The notes below the pieces were generated by a model. It was not told where the DNA came from, made no database searches, and saw only the letters and a program-made list of their open reading frames with translations. A program made the position numbers and the translations under genes. This document shows positions 53,105 through 53,746 of a stretch of DNA of 53,746 bases, piece after piece. Source of the DNA: Prorocentrum cordatum (Eukaryota); the NCBI GenBank assembly GCA_963575745.1, contig CAUYUJ010000289.1:62001-115746 (forward strand). The letters run 5' to 3'. Within the stretch, counting starts at the first letter, position 1; each line of letters opens with the position of its first letter.

Positions 53105-53746
53105 GCTCCGGGGGCGAGCCCTACAGTGGAGTTGGGCCTGTCCCTCCACAGGAGGAATCTTCAAAAGTAGTATGGGGACCATTTTCTGAGTATTTATTGG
53201 AACATTTGTTTGTATGTTTGAGGACTTTTGGAGTATTCTTAATTTTTCGTCCAAAGTCCCCCTGTAGGGGACACGCCCGACCTACACTTCTGCAGCCAAG
53301 ACGCTGCAGTAAGGACCGCTGCGAGCTCAGGAGGGGTCGCCCCTTCGACCTAGACAGGAAGGGAACTGTTCGTGGCCGGGGCCCGCCGCGGCCAGAGAAG
53401 GCCCCGTTCATTCCTTCTGCTGCGTTCCTGCTGTCAGCACGCTGATTGCAGGCCTCCCAGATGGGGCCAGGGTACTCCAAATGTCGTAATAAAAGGGAGG
53501 GGGTCTGGACCCTCCAAGACGAGCCATTCCAGACCTCCCCCGTGGGAGAACCTTCCAAAACATCGTCCCCAGACCCCCCCAGGCCCTCCAAGATAGCCTG
53601 GAAGAGACCCCCCCCGAAATGAGACCCCCCTCCCTTTCTTACGAAATCTGGAGTAGATTCGGAGGCGACGATGTGGGGCGAATAGCCCAGTGGGGAGCAA
53701 TACATGTATCCAGGGGCGCCGATGTTCTATGTTTTCGAAATGGCTC

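Overview
Eukaryotic, GC-rich, intron- and repeat-dominated nuclear DNA, almost certainly from a dinoflagellate. The evidence is a DinoSL spliced-leader remnant at 35438-35470, AG|GC splice donors and same-strand micro-exons; the style resembles Prorocentrum, which is an inference. Nearly all ORFs in the supplied track are artefacts of (GGA)n/(GAC)n/(GAT)n microsatellites, satellites and palindromic MITEs. Real coding signal: scattered + strand exon candidates of an unidentified gene (about 0.3-25.4 kb), + strand exons of a SET/SMYD-type methyltransferase (39.07 kb to past 53.1 kb), and a minus-strand retrocopy of a trans-spliced mRNA. The centre of the window is a three-level nested structure. 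(1) A ~7 kb AT-rich, non-coding block (25.71-38.70 kb) is built of back-to-back, sequence-unique, bulged hairpins with C-(T[T/G]NN)-G loops and + strand G.T wobble bias; it may be a mitochondrial-DNA insertion or a structured-RNA locus. (2) The block is split into three by two Helentron/DINE-like elements carrying ~102-bp tandem arrays. (3) One of those arrays received an SL-capped, A-tailed retrocopy with a perfect 14-bp target-site duplication. All calls were made by eye; no folding or database search was run.
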